In this document: positions 11,928 to 21,461 of the stretch, piece after piece | How the letters are laid out: every line of letters starts with the position of its first letter | Numbering within the stretch: the first letter of the stretch is position 1 | DNA from: an uncultured Planctomycetota bacterium | GTDB taxonomy: Bacteria; Planctomycetota; Planctomycetia; Gemmatales; Gemmataceae | Assembly: GCA_963849325.1 (NCBI GenBank) | Contig: CAWKHF010000007.1 | Coordinates: forward strand, 480,001 to 544,000 | Direction of reading: 5' to 3' | DNA: 64,000 nt | The notes under the pieces: model-generated | Databases searched by the model: none | What the model was told of the DNA's origin: nothing | What the model saw: the letters and a program-made list of their open reading frames with translations, nothing else | Translations under genes and position numbers: made by a program

Positions 11928-14900
11928 ACGTGGTCGTGACCCTCAGTCAGCGTTTCGAGCGTTCCCCCGACGGGCGCGTGTGGACGCCCGCCGCCTTCGC
12001 CTACCCCTTCTGGACGCGCTATCTGGAAGTCTTCGATGGCGTGCGTGTCGTGGCTCGCGTTCGGGACGTGGCCGCGGCGCCGGCGGGATGGAATCGCGCC
12101 GACGGCGACGGCGTTGTCTTCACGCCGATCCCTTATTTTCGGGGACCGTGGCAGTATTTGCTCAAGGCGCGCCGCGTTGCCCGTACCGCTCGGGCGGCCA
12201 TCGGCCCGACAGACGCCGTCCTCCTTCGCGTACCGTCGGAACTGGCCCGCTGTGTGTCAACGTATCTACGGCAGAGCGGCCATCCCTACGGTGTCGAGGT
12301 CGTGGGCGATCCGTATGAGGTCTTCGCGCCGGGTGCGCTTCGTCATCCGCTGCGTCCGTTCTTACGCTGGTACTTCCCCGCGCAGCTGCGGCGCCAGTGC
12401 GCCGGCGCTTGCGGGGTTGCCTACGTCTCTCGCCACGTCCTGCCCCAGCGCTATCCCTGTCCCCATCACGCCGCGTACTTCTCGGACGTTGAGTTGCCCC
12501 CGGCCGCCTGGGTGTCCGCCCCAAGACCGCCTCGACCCGACGCGCGCGCCTTCACGCTCGTTACCATTGCCTCGCTGGAACAGCTCTACAAGGCGCCGGA
12601 CGTGCTGATCGACGCTGTCGCCGTATGCGTCCGGGATGGCTGGGACTTGCGGCTCGTGTTTGTCGGCGGAGGGCGGCATCGCGCGGAGTTGGAGGCGCGG
12701 GCGGCATCGCGGTGCCTGGCGGAGCGCGTCGTTTTCCACGGTCAGGTGCCGGCCGGCGAGGGCGTTCGCGCGGCGCTGGATGCGGCGGACCTGTTCGTGC
12801 TGCCCTCGCGCACCGAGGGACTTCCGCGGGCGATGCTGGAGGCGATGGCTCGCGGTCTGCCCTGCCTCGGCTCGCGCGTCGGAGGTATCCCCGAATTGCT
12901 CTCGGAAAAGGAGCTAGTCGAACCGGGCAACGTCGCCGGCCTGGCCGCCAAGATCGCCGAGGTGCTGAGCGACCCCGACCGTCTCTCGCGTCTGTCAGCC
13001 CGTAACCTGGCGAGGGCCGCCGAGTATCGCCCGGATATTCTGCGCGAGCGCATGTTGGCGTTCTATCGCCACGTCCGCAACCAGACGCAAGCCTGGCTGT
13101 CGGAGGAAGAGACTCGGAAGAGTGGCGCGTGGCGAGTGGCGTGTGGCGAGGGAAGAAGAAGCCTCTTCCCTCGCCACACGCCACTAACCACGAGCCACTC
13201 TTCCGACATCCGGCTGCTCCACGTCACCACCGTCCCGCAGTCGCTTGGCTTCCTGCGCGAGCAGGTGCGCTACGTCCAGAAAGAGGGCTTCAACGTACAC
13301 GTGCTTTCCTCGCCGGGGGAGTCCCTGGAGCGCTTTGGGACGGAAGAGCAGGTCGTCACCCATGCCGTGTCCATGCCCCGGCGAATCACGCCGCTGCGCG
13401 ACCTGTGGACGCTGGGACGGCTGTGTCGCATCCTCCGCCGCGTTCGACCGGACATCGTACATGGCCACACGCCCAAGGGCGGACTGCTGGCCATGCTCGC
13501 GGCCTGGTGTTGCGGCGTGCCGGTGCGCGTCTACCACATTCACGGCCTGCCTCTGATGACGGCCTCCGGATGGCGGCGCCGGCTGCTGCGCTGGACGGAA
13601 AAGACCGCCTGCCTCTTCGCCCAGCAAGTGTTCTGCGTCAGTGCCTCGGTTCGCCAGGTCGCGGTTGAAGAAGGTCTGTGTCCGGCCGAAAAGGTCCGCG
13701 TGCTGCTCGACGGCAGCATCGATGGCATGAACGCCGACAGGTTCGACCGGACGAAGCTGTCGCCGGAGACACAGCGGCGCGTCCGCGAACAGTACGGCAT
13801 CCCTCCGGATGCTCTCGTGCTGGGGTTCGTCGGGCGGGTGGTGCGCGACAAGGGGCTGATCGAGCTGGCCGAGGCCTGGCAGCGACTGCGGATGGAGTTT
13901 CCCGACGCCCACCTGCTCATCGTCGGCGGGACCGAGCCGCAAGATCCGATCCCTCCGGACGTGGAGGACCGGCTGCACAACGAGCCGCGCATTCACCAGG
14001 CGGGCACCGTCCGCGACACCATCTCACTCTACGCGGCGATGGATCTCGTCGTCTTGCCGTCGTACCGGGAGGGTTTCCCCATCGTCCCGCTGGAGGCGGC
14101 GGCGATGGAACTGCCGGTCGTTGCCACGCGCATCCCCGGTTGTGTCGATGCCGTCCAGGACGGCGTCACGGGTACGCTCGTGCCGGTGCGCGATGCCGGC
14201 GCCCTGGCCGACGCGATTCGCCATTACCTGCGCGACCCGGTGCTCCGGCTCCAGCACGGCGCGGCGGGACGCCAGCGCGTCCTGCGCGACTTCCGGCCGG
14301 AGAAGATGGGCCAGGCCGTCTACAGCGAATACCGCCGGTTACTCGCCTCCGTGAAAAAAGGGACTAGGGGCGAGGGACTAGGGACTAGGGAAGAAGCGAG
14401 ATCCCTGTCTTCCCTAGTCCCTAGTCCCTCGCCCCTAGTCCCTTTTTCCGAGCATGGCACTTTCTACCAGCGTCGCGGCAAACGCTGGCTCGACTTGCTG
14501 CTGACGCTCCCGGCCCTGGTCGTCCTGGCGCCGGTCTTTCTCCTCCTTGCCGTCCTGGTCCGCCTGATGATGGGCGCTCCGGTCCTCTATCGGCAGCGGC
14601 GCGCGGGGCGGAACGGCGCACCGTTCACCATCCTGAAGTTTCGCACCATGACCAATGAGCGCGACGCCTCGGGACGGCTCGCTCCCGATTCGCGGCGATT
14701 GACGCGACTGGGCCGCTTTCTGCGCGGCACCAGCCTGGACGAACTGCCGGAATTGCTCAACGTCCTCCGCGGCGACATGAGCCTGGTTGGACCGAGGCCG
14801 CTGCTGCCGCGCTACTTGCCCTATTACTCGCCGCGCGAAGTGCGGCGCTTCGAGCGGCTGCCCGGCATCACGGGTTGGGCCCAGATCAATGGCCGCAATA

Positions 14901-15121
14901 GTCTCGGCTGGGACGAACGCCTGGCCCATGATGTGTGCTATGTCGAGTCCTGCTCCCTGGGACTGGACCTTCGCATTCTTGTCATCACCGTTTGGAAGGT
15001 GCTGCGGCGAGCCGACGTTCACGTGGACACCACCCTCGTCCTCCGCTCCCTCGACGAGGAGCGGAGCGCGGGCGTCCCGCCCGCCGTTGTACCGTGCGAA
15101 CCTCAAACGCAGGAACTGTGA
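11924..15121 (+). CDS. Fused GT4 + GT4 + bacterial sugar transferase (PglC-like phosphoglycosyltransferase)
   Basis: ATGA overlap with the upstream gene; two EX7E motifs (PSRTEGLPRAMLEA, PSYREGFPIVPLEA); KFRTM, SLDELPEL, GDMSLVGPRP. Confidence 0.85.
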   Translation: MNVVVTLSQRFERSPDGRVWTPAAFAYPFWTRYLEVFDGVRVVARVRDVAAAPAGWNRADGDGVVFTPIPYFRGPWQYLLKARRVARTARAAIGPTDAVLLRVPSELARCVSTYLRQSGHPYGVEVVGDPYEVFAPGALRHPLRPFLRWYFPAQLRRQCAGACGVAYVSRHVLPQRYPCPHHAAYFSDVELPPAAWVSAPRPPRPDARAFTLVTIASLEQLYKAPDVLIDAVAVCVRDGWDLRLVFVGGGRHRAELEARAASRCLAERVVFHGQVPAGEGVRAALDAADLFVLPSRTEGLPRAMLEAMARGLPCLGSRVGGIPELLSEKELVEPGNVAGLAAKIAEVLSDPDRLSRLSARNLARAAEYRPDILRERMLAFYRHVRNQTQAWLSEEETRKSGAWRVACGEGRRSLFPRHTPLTTSHSSDIRLLHVTTVPQSLGFLREQVRYVQKEGFNVHVLSSPGESLERFGTEEQVVTHAVSMPRRITPLRDLWTLGRLCRILRRVRPDIVHGHTPKGGLLAMLAAWCCGVPVRVYHIHGLPLMTASGWRRRLLRWTEKTACLFAQQVFCVSASVRQVAVEEGLCPAEKVRVLLDGSIDGMNADRFDRTKLSPETQRRVREQYGIPPDALVLGFVGRVVRDKGLIELAEAWQRLRMEFPDAHLLIVGGTEPQDPIPPDVEDRLHNEPRIHQAGTVRDTISLYAAMDLVVLPSYREGFPIVPLEAAAMELPVVATRIPGCVDAVQDGVTGTLVPVRDAGALADAIRHYLRDPVLRLQHGAAGRQRVLRDFRPEKMGQAVYSEYRRLLASVKKGTRGEGLGTREEARSLSSLVPSPSPLVPFSEHGTFYQRRGKRWLDLLLTLPALVVLAPVFLLLAVLVRLMMGAPVLYRQRRAGRNGAPFTILKFRTMTNERDASGRLAPDSRRLTRLGRFLRGTSLDELPELLNVLRGDMSLVGPRPLLPRYLPYYSPREVRRFERLPGITGWAQINGRNSLGWDERLAHDVCYVESCSLGLDLRILVITVWKVLRRADVHVDTTLVLRSLDEERSAGVPPAVVPCEPQTQEL
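13114..13206. repeat. 93-bp heptamer-based palindrome (GTGGCG[A/T] units), translated in frame
   Basis: Arms TCGGAAGAGTGGC… and …GCCACTCTTCCGA; lies at the GT/GT junction. Confidence 0.85.
14355..14447. repeat. 93-bp heptamer-based palindrome (GGGACTA units), translated in frame
   Basis: Perfect 37-bp inverted repeat 14355-14391 / 14411-14447; lies at the GT/sugar-transferase junction. Confidence 0.9.
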
Positions 15122-15123
15122 CG

Positions 15124-16236
15124 ATGGCCCAACTTCGCCTGATCCAGACCGACCAGCCCTCGGAGTGGGCGGCTGTTTTGTCCCAGTCGTTTCCGTACGA
15201 CTTCTACCACTTGCCAGGCTATCACGTCCTGGCCGAGCAGCAGGGAGAGGGGACCGCTCACCTGTTCGTCTGGAGCGAGGACGGCTGGACGATCGCTCTG
15301 CCGCTGCTGCTGCGGTCGCTGGAGGGAGTTCCTGGCATCAACGGAGAGGGAACCGGCTGGCGCGATGCCACCTCCGTCTACGGCTATGCCGGACCCATCG
15401 CCTCGCAGGCCGTCGTCCCCGAGGCGATCCGCGAACACTTTCGCGTGGCCGTCCGCGAGGCGCTGCGCGAGCTGAGAGTGGTCTCGGTTTTCTCCCGGCT
15501 GCATCCGCTTCTGCCCGAGCAGGGCGATTGGCTCGCCGGCCTGGGGGAGTGCATGGCGCTCGCCAAGACGGTCTCCCTCGACCTCACTCTACCCTCCGAG
15601 GCGCAGCGCGGCCGCTATCGTCGCAATCACAAGGAGGGCATCGGCAAGCTCCGCCGTCAGGGTATCGCCTGCGTGTACGACCCGGAGTGCGAACGCCTGC
15701 CGGATTTCATCGACCTGTACCATGAAACGATGCGGCGGGTCGGCGCCGCCCCGGCTTACTTCTTCCCGGCCGCTTACTTCGCGGCCCTGCGTTGCTGCCT
15801 GGGGCGGAGCTTCCATCTTTTCGGCTGCGTCATTGAGGGACGCTACGCTTGTGGCGGTCTCTTCGTGGAATGCAACGGCATTCTGCAATTCCACCTGGGC
15901 GGGACGCGCGACGACTTTCTCCGCATGGGTCCGATGAAGCTGCTGTTCGACGAGGTGCGCGAGTGGGCCACCGCGCGGGGTCTGCGGGTGCTGCACCTGG
16001 GCGGAGGAGCGACATCGCGGCCGGACGACTCATTGCTCCACTTCAAGACCGGCTTCTCGGATCGCCAGCACGATTTCCGTGTCTGGCGCTACACCCTGGC
16101 TCCCGAGGTGTACGACCGGTTCTGCCGTGGCCGAGCGCGCTGGAACGACCAGAATCGACTCTGCGCGACGGCGCCGGACTTTTTCCCCGCCTACCGATGT
16201 CCGACCGTTCCAAATTCCTCCGAGCCTGAAGCGTAA
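15124..16236 (+). CDS. GNAT / FemAB-like acyltransferase
   Basis: DATSVYGYAGP, FIDLYHETMRRVGA, LHLGGG…LLHFKTGF. Confidence 0.75.
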   Translation: MAQLRLIQTDQPSEWAAVLSQSFPYDFYHLPGYHVLAEQQGEGTAHLFVWSEDGWTIALPLLLRSLEGVPGINGEGTGWRDATSVYGYAGPIASQAVVPEAIREHFRVAVREALRELRVVSVFSRLHPLLPEQGDWLAGLGECMALAKTVSLDLTLPSEAQRGRYRRNHKEGIGKLRRQGIACVYDPECERLPDFIDLYHETMRRVGAAPAYFFPAAYFAALRCCLGRSFHLFGCVIEGRYACGGLFVECNGILQFHLGGTRDDFLRMGPMKLLFDEVREWATARGLRVLHLGGGATSRPDDSLLHFKTGFSDRQHDFRVWRYTLAPEVYDRFCRGRARWNDQNRLCATAPDFFPAYRCPTVPNSSEPEA

Positions 16237-16274
16237 GCGAAGGAAGATCCCTTCGCTTACGCTTCAGGCTCGGA
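16219..16274. repeat. REP-like hairpin overlapping the GNAT stop codon
   Basis: 25-bp perfect inverted repeat (GAGCCTGAAGCGTAAGCGAAGG). Confidence 0.85.
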
Positions 16275-16306
16275 CAAGAACTGTTTGTCCGCCAGGGGAG
16301 CAAGCC

Positions 16307-17487
16307 ATGAAGCGCCTTTACCTGTCGCCGCCACACCTGGGCGGAGAGGAACTAAAGCTGGTCCAGGACGCCTTCGCCTCCAACTGGATCGCGCCCTGGG
16401 TCCGCACGTCGATGCCTTCGAGGAAGAATTCGCTCGCGCCGTGGGCGCTGGCTATGCCGTCGCCTTGTCTTCGGGCACCGCGGCTCTCCACCTCGCCCTG
16501 CGCCTCGCCGGCGTCCGTCGCGGCGACGCGGTGCTCTGTCCCACACTGACCTTCTGCGCCAGCGCCAACCCGATCGTCTACGAGGGCGGCTCTCCCGTCT
16601 TCCTCGACGTGGACCCGACTACCTGGAACCTCGATCCCGAACTGCTGCGCGAAGAACTGCGCGTGTGTGCGGCGCGCGGCCGACTGCCCCGGGCCGTGGT
16701 CGTCGTCGATCTCTATGGACAGAGCGCCGATTACGACGCGATCCTGGCGGCCTGCGCCGCCTATGACGTGCCGGTGATCGAGGACGCCGCCGAGGCGCTG
16801 GGGGCGACCTACAAGGGGAGGATGGCCGGGACGTTCGGGCGCATGAGTGTGTTTTCCTTCAACGGCAACAAAATCATCACCACGTCCGGCGGAGGCATGT
16901 TGGTCTCCAACGACGGAGCGCTGGTCGAACAGGCGCGTTTCCTCGCTTCGCAGGCCCGCGACCCCTCGCCGCACTATCAGCACTCGGTTGTCGGCCACAA
17001 CTACCGCCTCAGCAACATTCTGGCGGCTATCGGCCGCGGACAGCTGCGCGTGCTGCCGGAGCGTGTCGAGGCCCGCCGCCGCAACAACCGATGGTATCGA
17101 CAGGCGCTCGCCGACCTGCCGGGCGTCGCCTTCATGCCCGAGGCGGCTTACGGCCAGGGCAACGGCTGGCTTACCTGCATTACGATTGATCCTCACCGCT
17201 TCGGTGCCAGTCGTGAGGACGTGCGACTGGCCCTGGAGGCGAAGGACATCGAGTCGCGGCCGGTGTGGAAACCGCTGCACCTGCAGCCGGCCTTCGCCGA
17301 ACGTCGGGTGCGGGGCGGGAGAGTGGCGGAAGGCATTTTCGAGCACGGCCTTTGCCTGCCTAGCGGCTCCAGCCTGACCGAGGCCGACCGTGAGCGCGTC
17401 GCCGCTGTCATCCGCGAGACGTGCCGTCCGGCCGTCGTTCGCCGCCGGCCCAGCGGGCGGCGTACAACCGCCATAAGCGATCCGTAA
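16307..17487 (+). CDS. DegT/DnrJ/EryC1 PLP aminotransferase (PglE/EpsN-like), frameshift near 16397
   Basis: YLSPPH, SSGTAALHLAL, EDAAEALG, SFNGNKIITTSGGG. Confidence 0.9.
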
Positions 17488-18761
17488 CGTCGATACGGAG
17501 GGAATCGGCCGAGATCGTGGCGTCCACCACCTGCCAACGAGGGATACGTTGTTGCAGGTCCAGGAAGCGCTGGCGCTGGAACTCGAGCGTGTCCGGGTCG
17601 AGGTCGCCCTTGGCGCAAACATGACTTGCCCCGGAACGTCGAGCAGGATCACCGCGTCGGGCGCCGGGCAAGCGTCGCGCCTTGACCCACGAGGAGAGAC
17701 GGCGCAGACGGCCACGCCGGCCAGGCGGCGGCGCCAGGCCGTCGTAGGTGTAGCGATCGAAGAGCACCAGGCGCCCGCAGCTGGTGATAGCGCGCTTCCA
17801 GGAAGCGCCGCCACAGCACCAACAGCCGGCCCGGCGCCAAATCTCGTTTAGCCGCGACGCGCAGCGGAGCGCGACTCGCGCTCCGCTGCGCGTCGCGGCT
17901 AGACTTTTTCCCCGATACGCCGAAGCCCATGTAGATCGTCCGTACCGGGCAGAAAAAGGACTGCTGCAGCCCCGCGGCCAGAGTGGATTTGCCGGCGCCG
18001 TCCGGTCCCAGCAGGGCCACGCTCAGGCCACGGCGGCGCCAGTGGTTCCCCATACGGGCCGGCAGGCGTAGGCATTCGCCCAGCAGTCTCCCGATCCGTG
18101 CGACGAAAGACCCCCGCTTCCGCCAGGCGGACGCGAGGTTCGGGGCCAACTGCTCCAACTCGTCCCAGTCGCCCCGTCGAACGCACTCCAGCAGGCGGGC
18201 CGTGTCCCAGCCGCGAGGACAAACCCGCTCGATTACCGCCCGCAGCGGGCCGCCCGGTTCGGTCCCACGGACCCGTTTTTGCAGACGGTCCCGGTGCCGG
18301 GGAGCGATGGCTCCCTTGTCCAGCAAGACATGGAGCAGCGTCGCCCAGAAGGCATCCTCGGCCGCCAGTTCCGCCAGCGTGCCGGCGCGGACACGCCGCT
18401 CCAGGCACGCCTCCTCGGCCTCGGTTCGCAAGCGATGACGCGAACCGAAGGCCAGCGCGGCTACGAAATGCAGACGTATCCAGCAATCGGTGGCGGCGTG
18501 ATAGGCGAGAAAGACCTGCTCCCAGCCGGAACCCACACCCGGAAAGCGGACAAGGCCCAGGGGCGCCAGCAGGGAGGGAAGCCGGCCGATGTCGCGCGGA
18601 TGGACGAGCAGATCGACGTCGCCGGCAGGGGCGACAGGGTTGGCAGGCCAGCGAAGCAAACACCAACGCACGCCGCCGTGCTCCAGGGCCGCCGACGCCA
18701 TTTCGAGCAAGGGATGCAGCGTCGGCGTGAGGCACTCCGCGTCCATCTCGGGGACCGCCAT
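17408..18761 (-). CDS. Nucleotidyltransferase-like plus thymidylate-kinase-like P-loop protein (frameshifted)
   Basis: GDVDLLV motif; GPDGAGKST; FDRYTYD in the downstream frame. Confidence 0.65.
17849..17901. repeat. REP-like hairpin inside the kinase-like CDS, in frame
   Basis: 26-bp perfect inverted repeat (TAGCCGCGACGCGCAGCGGAGCGCGA). Confidence 0.85.
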
Positions 18762-18762
18762 G

Positions 18763-19770
18763 TCAACCGCCCTCCGACCGAGGGGGCCAGAAGCGGAGAG
18801 GGTCGGCACCGGCATGGAAGACCTCTCCCCAGTAGCGAGACAGGTGCAAGCCCTCGCGATAGTCGTCGGGGTCGCCCTCGCAGACCTCGCCGCACGCCTC
18901 CTGGAGGATGGAACGAAACAGACGACCGCCGGTCGCCTCGTTGGCCAGGACGCATCCGCTGCCGAGCCGGGCATTGACCTCGATCAGGACCGGGACGTCC
19001 CCCGTGAAGAGTTGTACGTTCAGCGGGCCGCGGTAGCCGCGCTGGGCCAGGGCGTCAATGGTGCGGTCGGCCAGGCCGGCCACGACCGGACAGCGGATGG
19101 TATGCGACTGGATGACCTCTCCCCCGCTCACCCGATCGCGCAGGCGCGGCACGCGCACGGTGCAACGGCCCCGGATCGACACGTAGGCGTCAACGCTTAC
19201 CTCCGCTCCTTGCACCCATTCCTGAAAGATCAGGTCGGGACAACGTTCCAGGGCGGCGTGGGCTTCCGGCAGAGACCGGCACACGCCCGCCCCGGCCGAG
19301 GCGGAACCCCGCGACTGCTTGACGAACAGCGGGAACAGGTCGGCCCGAAGAGCGGCGGGTGGATAGGTGCGTGGGAAAGGCAACCCCTCTTCGCGGGCAA
19401 ACGTCTCGAAGCGATGTTTGTCCCGGCACAACTCCACCAAGTCCGGGTGCGGACAGATGACCGTGGTGCCAACCTCCGTGAAACGCGGCAGGTTCCGGGT
19501 CAGATGATCCAGATCGATGTCGAGATGGGGGACCAGGACGTACACGTCCTGACGGATGCAGATGTCGAGGAGACGATCGATGTAGTCGGGATCGGCCACC
19601 GGCGGCACCGGGAACGAAGCGTCCGCGAAAAGACCGGCGGGGTTGAGCGGATCGCAATCGACCACGTACAGGCGTCCCTGCCGTAGCATGGCCACGTCGC
19701 GCATGGCCTGCCGCATCTGAAGAATGAGGCCGACCCATCTGCCCCCGCACGTTACCAGAACATTTGGCAT
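18763..19770 (-). CDS. ATP-grasp domain protein
   Basis: NVLVTCGGR, CRDK, FPLFVK…GSAS, FQEWVQG.E, IEVNARLGSG. Confidence 0.85.
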   Translation of the reverse strand: MPNVLVTCGGRWVGLILQMRQAMRDVAMLRQGRLYVVDCDPLNPAGLFADASFPVPPVADPDYIDRLLDICIRQDVYVLVPHLDIDLDHLTRNLPRFTEVGTTVICPHPDLVELCRDKHRFETFAREEGLPFPRTYPPAALRADLFPLFVKQSRGSASAGAGVCRSLPEAHAALERCPDLIFQEWVQGAEVSVDAYVSIRGRCTVRVPRLRDRVSGGEVIQSHTIRCPVVAGLADRTIDALAQRGYRGPLNVQLFTGDVPVLIEVNARLGSGCVLANEATGGRLFRSILQEACGEVCEGDPDDYREGLHLSRYWGEVFHAGADPLRFWPPRSEGG

Positions 19771-19948
19771 TGGACGACATGCCTCCTCGGTAGAGCGCGA
19801 GGACTCGGAGACTCAACCTCCTTCCACCTTCCTTGCCTACCCGGATGCGCCGCAGCCCGGGTACGAGGGTTTCAACGAGTATACTTCGACGGTGGAGGAA
19901 GGGCAAACGGATGGAAATATTATAAGAAGTCCTAACTTTTTGCCGACA

Positions 19949-20001
19949 AGCCCGGAGCGCCAGCGACGGGTTGCGCTCACCCGTCGCTGGCGCTCCGGGC
20001 T
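19949..20001. repeat. REP-like hairpin, same family as 23997-24063
   Basis: AGCCCGGAGCGCCAGCGACGGGT inverted repeat. Confidence 0.9.
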
Positions 20002-20018
20002 AGTTTGAGAAACCGTTT

Positions 20019-21461
20019 CTACCGTAAACCGCTGCCGCTGAGGTTATTGTAATTGCCGACGCCGATACGGCCGGGGATTTGCTGGAACGCGGATACGTCA
20101 CCGACGCCGACCAGGCCGCCGCTGTTAAACGGTATCCAGCTCATGTTGAGGCTGAACAGGGTCGTGCCCATGTAGCGAGCCAGGGCGGCGTTGGGCATTT
20201 CTTGCAGGATCAGCACGTCGCCCGGCTGGACGAGGATGCGTTCGCGTGGATCGCGCAGCGCCTGGTTGAGATCGACGCGGATGGGCAGCTGGCCGCCGCC
20301 GGGCAGGCGGCGCACGACGACGAGCAAGCTGGGGCTGTCGAAGCCGACGCCCGGATTGATGAGGTTGCCGGCCAGGTTGTTGTTGACGAAGGCGCCGTTG
20401 ATGAGCGGGCCGCGAACCGCGGCCACGGCCTCGACCACGTCGAAATCGCGGTCGCGCGGCAGCACGTGCTCGCCGGAGGGCAGCAGACCGCCGGTGAAGA
20501 AGACGTCCTCGTCGCGCACTGCGACGAAGACAACGTCGCCATCGTGCAGCACCACGTCTTCCGGCTGGAAGGGCAGCGGCCGGCCGGGCCGCCAGCGCAG
20601 TGGAATCCGCACACAGCCGGCGGAAACCTCTGGGGACGCACCCCCGTTGGGCGACTCGATTTGTCGCCGAATGGCCTCGGCCCCCTCCTTGTCCTGGAAA
20701 CAGCCGCGCTGGATGACGACCTCGTCGCAGGCGTCCAGGCCAGGCAGGCCGCCGGTCACGGTCAGGGCGTGCAGCACGTCGTTCTCACCGGCGGGCAGGT
20801 CGATGCTGAAGCCGGTGCCGCGCTTGCCGGTGATCATGATTCCCAGTCCTCCGGCGGGAGCGTTGCCGAACCCGGCCGCTTCCTGACGCAGCACCACGAC
20901 GTGATACTGACGCGGTTGCAGCAGCGTCACCATGATGCGGTCGTTGCCCGCTTGCAGGACCTGTTTCTCGACGGTGTATAGATGGCGGATAGCGTCCTCG
21001 ACTTCGCCCAGGGTCTTGCCGTTGACCTGCAAGGGCGTCGCCAGGGGCAAGACGATGGTGCCATCCTCGCGCAGGGGCACTGGGTAGCCCAGGGCGGGCG
21101 GAAGCCGGCGCTGATCGCGGGTCGCCACCGGCGGCGAGGTGTGGACGGGCGGCGGCACCGTTCGCTCGCCCAGGACACTCTCGATCCAGACCCCGAGCAC
21201 ATCGCCCGGGGCCAGGCGATACGTGGCGGAGCGCGGCTGCTCCAATAGCGTCAACGGCAGAGGCAAACACGCCTTCCGCGATTCGCCCAGCACCTCGGGC
21301 GGCAAACAGCGCACCGGCACGCCGTCGGCCACCGGGTTGGTCAACGCCGCGCAACCGGCGAGCCCGTTCGCCAACAGGAAGGCGAGAAGCAACCGCGGCC
21401 TCGTTGCAGCGAATGGACGCATGACTGTCCTCCCCAGCCGGAGATACCAACCGCGGATCAT
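20019..21461 (-). CDS. Polysaccharide biosynthesis/export protein (Wza-like lipoprotein)
   Basis: Lipobox LAGC; YRLAPGDVLGV; DGTIVLP; LHDGDVVFV. Confidence 0.75.
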   Translation of the reverse strand: MIRGWYLRLGRTVMRPFAATRPRLLLAFLLANGLAGCAALTNPVADGVPVRCLPPEVLGESRKACLPLPLTLLEQPRSATYRLAPGDVLGVWIESVLGERTVPPPVHTSPPVATRDQRRLPPALGYPVPLREDGTIVLPLATPLQVNGKTLGEVEDAIRHLYTVEKQVLQAGNDRIMVTLLQPRQYHVVVLRQEAAGFGNAPAGGLGIMITGKRGTGFSIDLPAGENDVLHALTVTGGLPGLDACDEVVIQRGCFQDKEGAEAIRRQIESPNGGASPEVSAGCVRIPLRWRPGRPLPFQPEDVVLHDGDVVFVAVRDEDVFFTGGLLPSGEHVLPRDRDFDVVEAVAAVRGPLINGAFVNNNLAGNLINPGVGFDSPSLLVVVRRLPGGGQLPIRVDLNQALRDPRERILVQPGDVLILQEMPNAALARYMGTTLFSLNMSWIPFNSGGLVGVGDVSAFQQIPGRIGVGNYNNLSGSGLR

